Assembly: GCA_944350265.1 (NCBI GenBank) | Contig: CALVOG010000001.1 | Coordinates: forward strand, 149,470-213,469 | Source of the DNA: an uncultured Clostridia bacterium | Lineage (GTDB): Bacteria > Bacillota > Clostridia > Christensenellales > UBA1242 | Length of the DNA stretch: 64,000 bases | Direction: 5' to 3' | Part shown: in pieces, positions 63,566 to 64,000 of the stretch | Layout of the letters: the number at the start of each line of letters is the position of its first letter | Position numbering within the stretch: position 1 is the stretch's first letter | Position numbers and translations under genes: made by a program | Notes under the pieces: model-generated | Seen by the model: the letters and a program-made list of their open reading frames with translations, nothing else | What the model was told of the DNA's origin: nothing | Databases searched by the model: none

Positions 63566-64000
63566 TTATCTTCTTTCTCCGCTTTTTCAATAACATCCAT
63601 AATTTTATTAAAACTTTCATCGTTATTTAAATCAGTTTTTCTGCTAAAACTAAACAAATTTGCAAATTTTTTGTGTTTTTTCTCATTATTTTCTAAATTT
63701 GCTGCAGATTTTATATCTCTTATATCAACTTTGACAGCATCGTTACTTCCACTTTCAATAGTTCTCATATAAAAGTCTTCCAGTGTTTCACCAGACAAAA
63801 TGATATCATCAACGCTCTTTTCTGTGAGAATTTTTCCTTTCTTGATAATTGCTATCTTGTCACATATTCTCTCAACAACATCAATTATATGAGAGCTGAA
63901 AAAGACAATATTCCCTTCCTTAGCATGTTGCTTCATACATTCTTTTACTTGAAAAATACTATTTGGGTCAAGACCTGTTAAAGGTTCATCCAAAATCCAA
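63562..64000 (-). CDS. ABC transporter ATP-binding protein, C-terminal part (runs off the window)
   Basis: Walker B/D-loop MDEPLTGLD and H-loop FFSSH at the window edge, then a charged C-terminal extension of about 100 aa. Confidence 0.75.
   Translation of the reverse strand, partial: WILDEPLTGLDPNSIFQVKECMKQHAKEGNIVFFSSHIIDVVERICDKIAIIKKGKILTEKSVDDIILSGETLEDFYMRTIESGSNDAVKVDIRDIKSAANLENNEKKHKKFANLFSFSRKTDLNNDESFNKIMDVIEKAEKEDK

Overview
This 64-kb chromosomal window appears to come from a Firmicutes/Clostridia-like anaerobe. The evidence is spoVAC, a nifJ-type PFOR, ruvX-DUF1292 synteny, GGAGG ribosome-binding sites and TTGACA/TATAAT promoters. My spot counts give about 45% GC in core genes. 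I call about 55 CDS, mostly on the minus strand. Housekeeping genes are lgt, polA, ruvX, truA, PFOR, ligA, pcrA, rpsU, an mreB-like gene, tsaB and tsaE. There are also several ABC transporters, a 1355-aa S8 protease with LRR domains, and one tRNA-Leu. Seven things stand out. (1) A modular, GC-rich intergenic repeat family (modules W/X/Y/Z plus a B subfamily) sits at 10 loci and covers about 3.1 kb, or 5% of the window. Its hairpins are kept by compensatory changes, its two subfamilies have fixed opposite orientations, and no transposase is visible. Its two largest clusters flank a tyrosine recombinase gene, and one supplies that gene's last codons. (2) Two near-identical 128-nt units begin with the last 21 nt of the adjacent tRNA-Leu. 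That tRNA reads as anticodon AAG, which is rare in bacteria. (3) An intact-looking phage head module (TerS-like, portal, scaffold, HK97-like capsid, three more genes, two holins) lacks a large terminase, tail, integrase and endolysin. (4) A low-GC island at the right edge (at least 6 kb) encodes an ABC exporter, a Big_2 protein and a 732-aa beta-helix-like lipoprotein. (5) Many exact tandem arrays (29, 73, about 30, 19 and 42 bp) lie in promoter-proximal spacers. (6) Several paralogs appear to have lost catalytic motifs: Rho-like, Ppx/GppA-like and HtrA-like. (7) A 344-nt intergenic tract contains only 7 G. All homology calls come from by-eye motif recognition and no database search was run.
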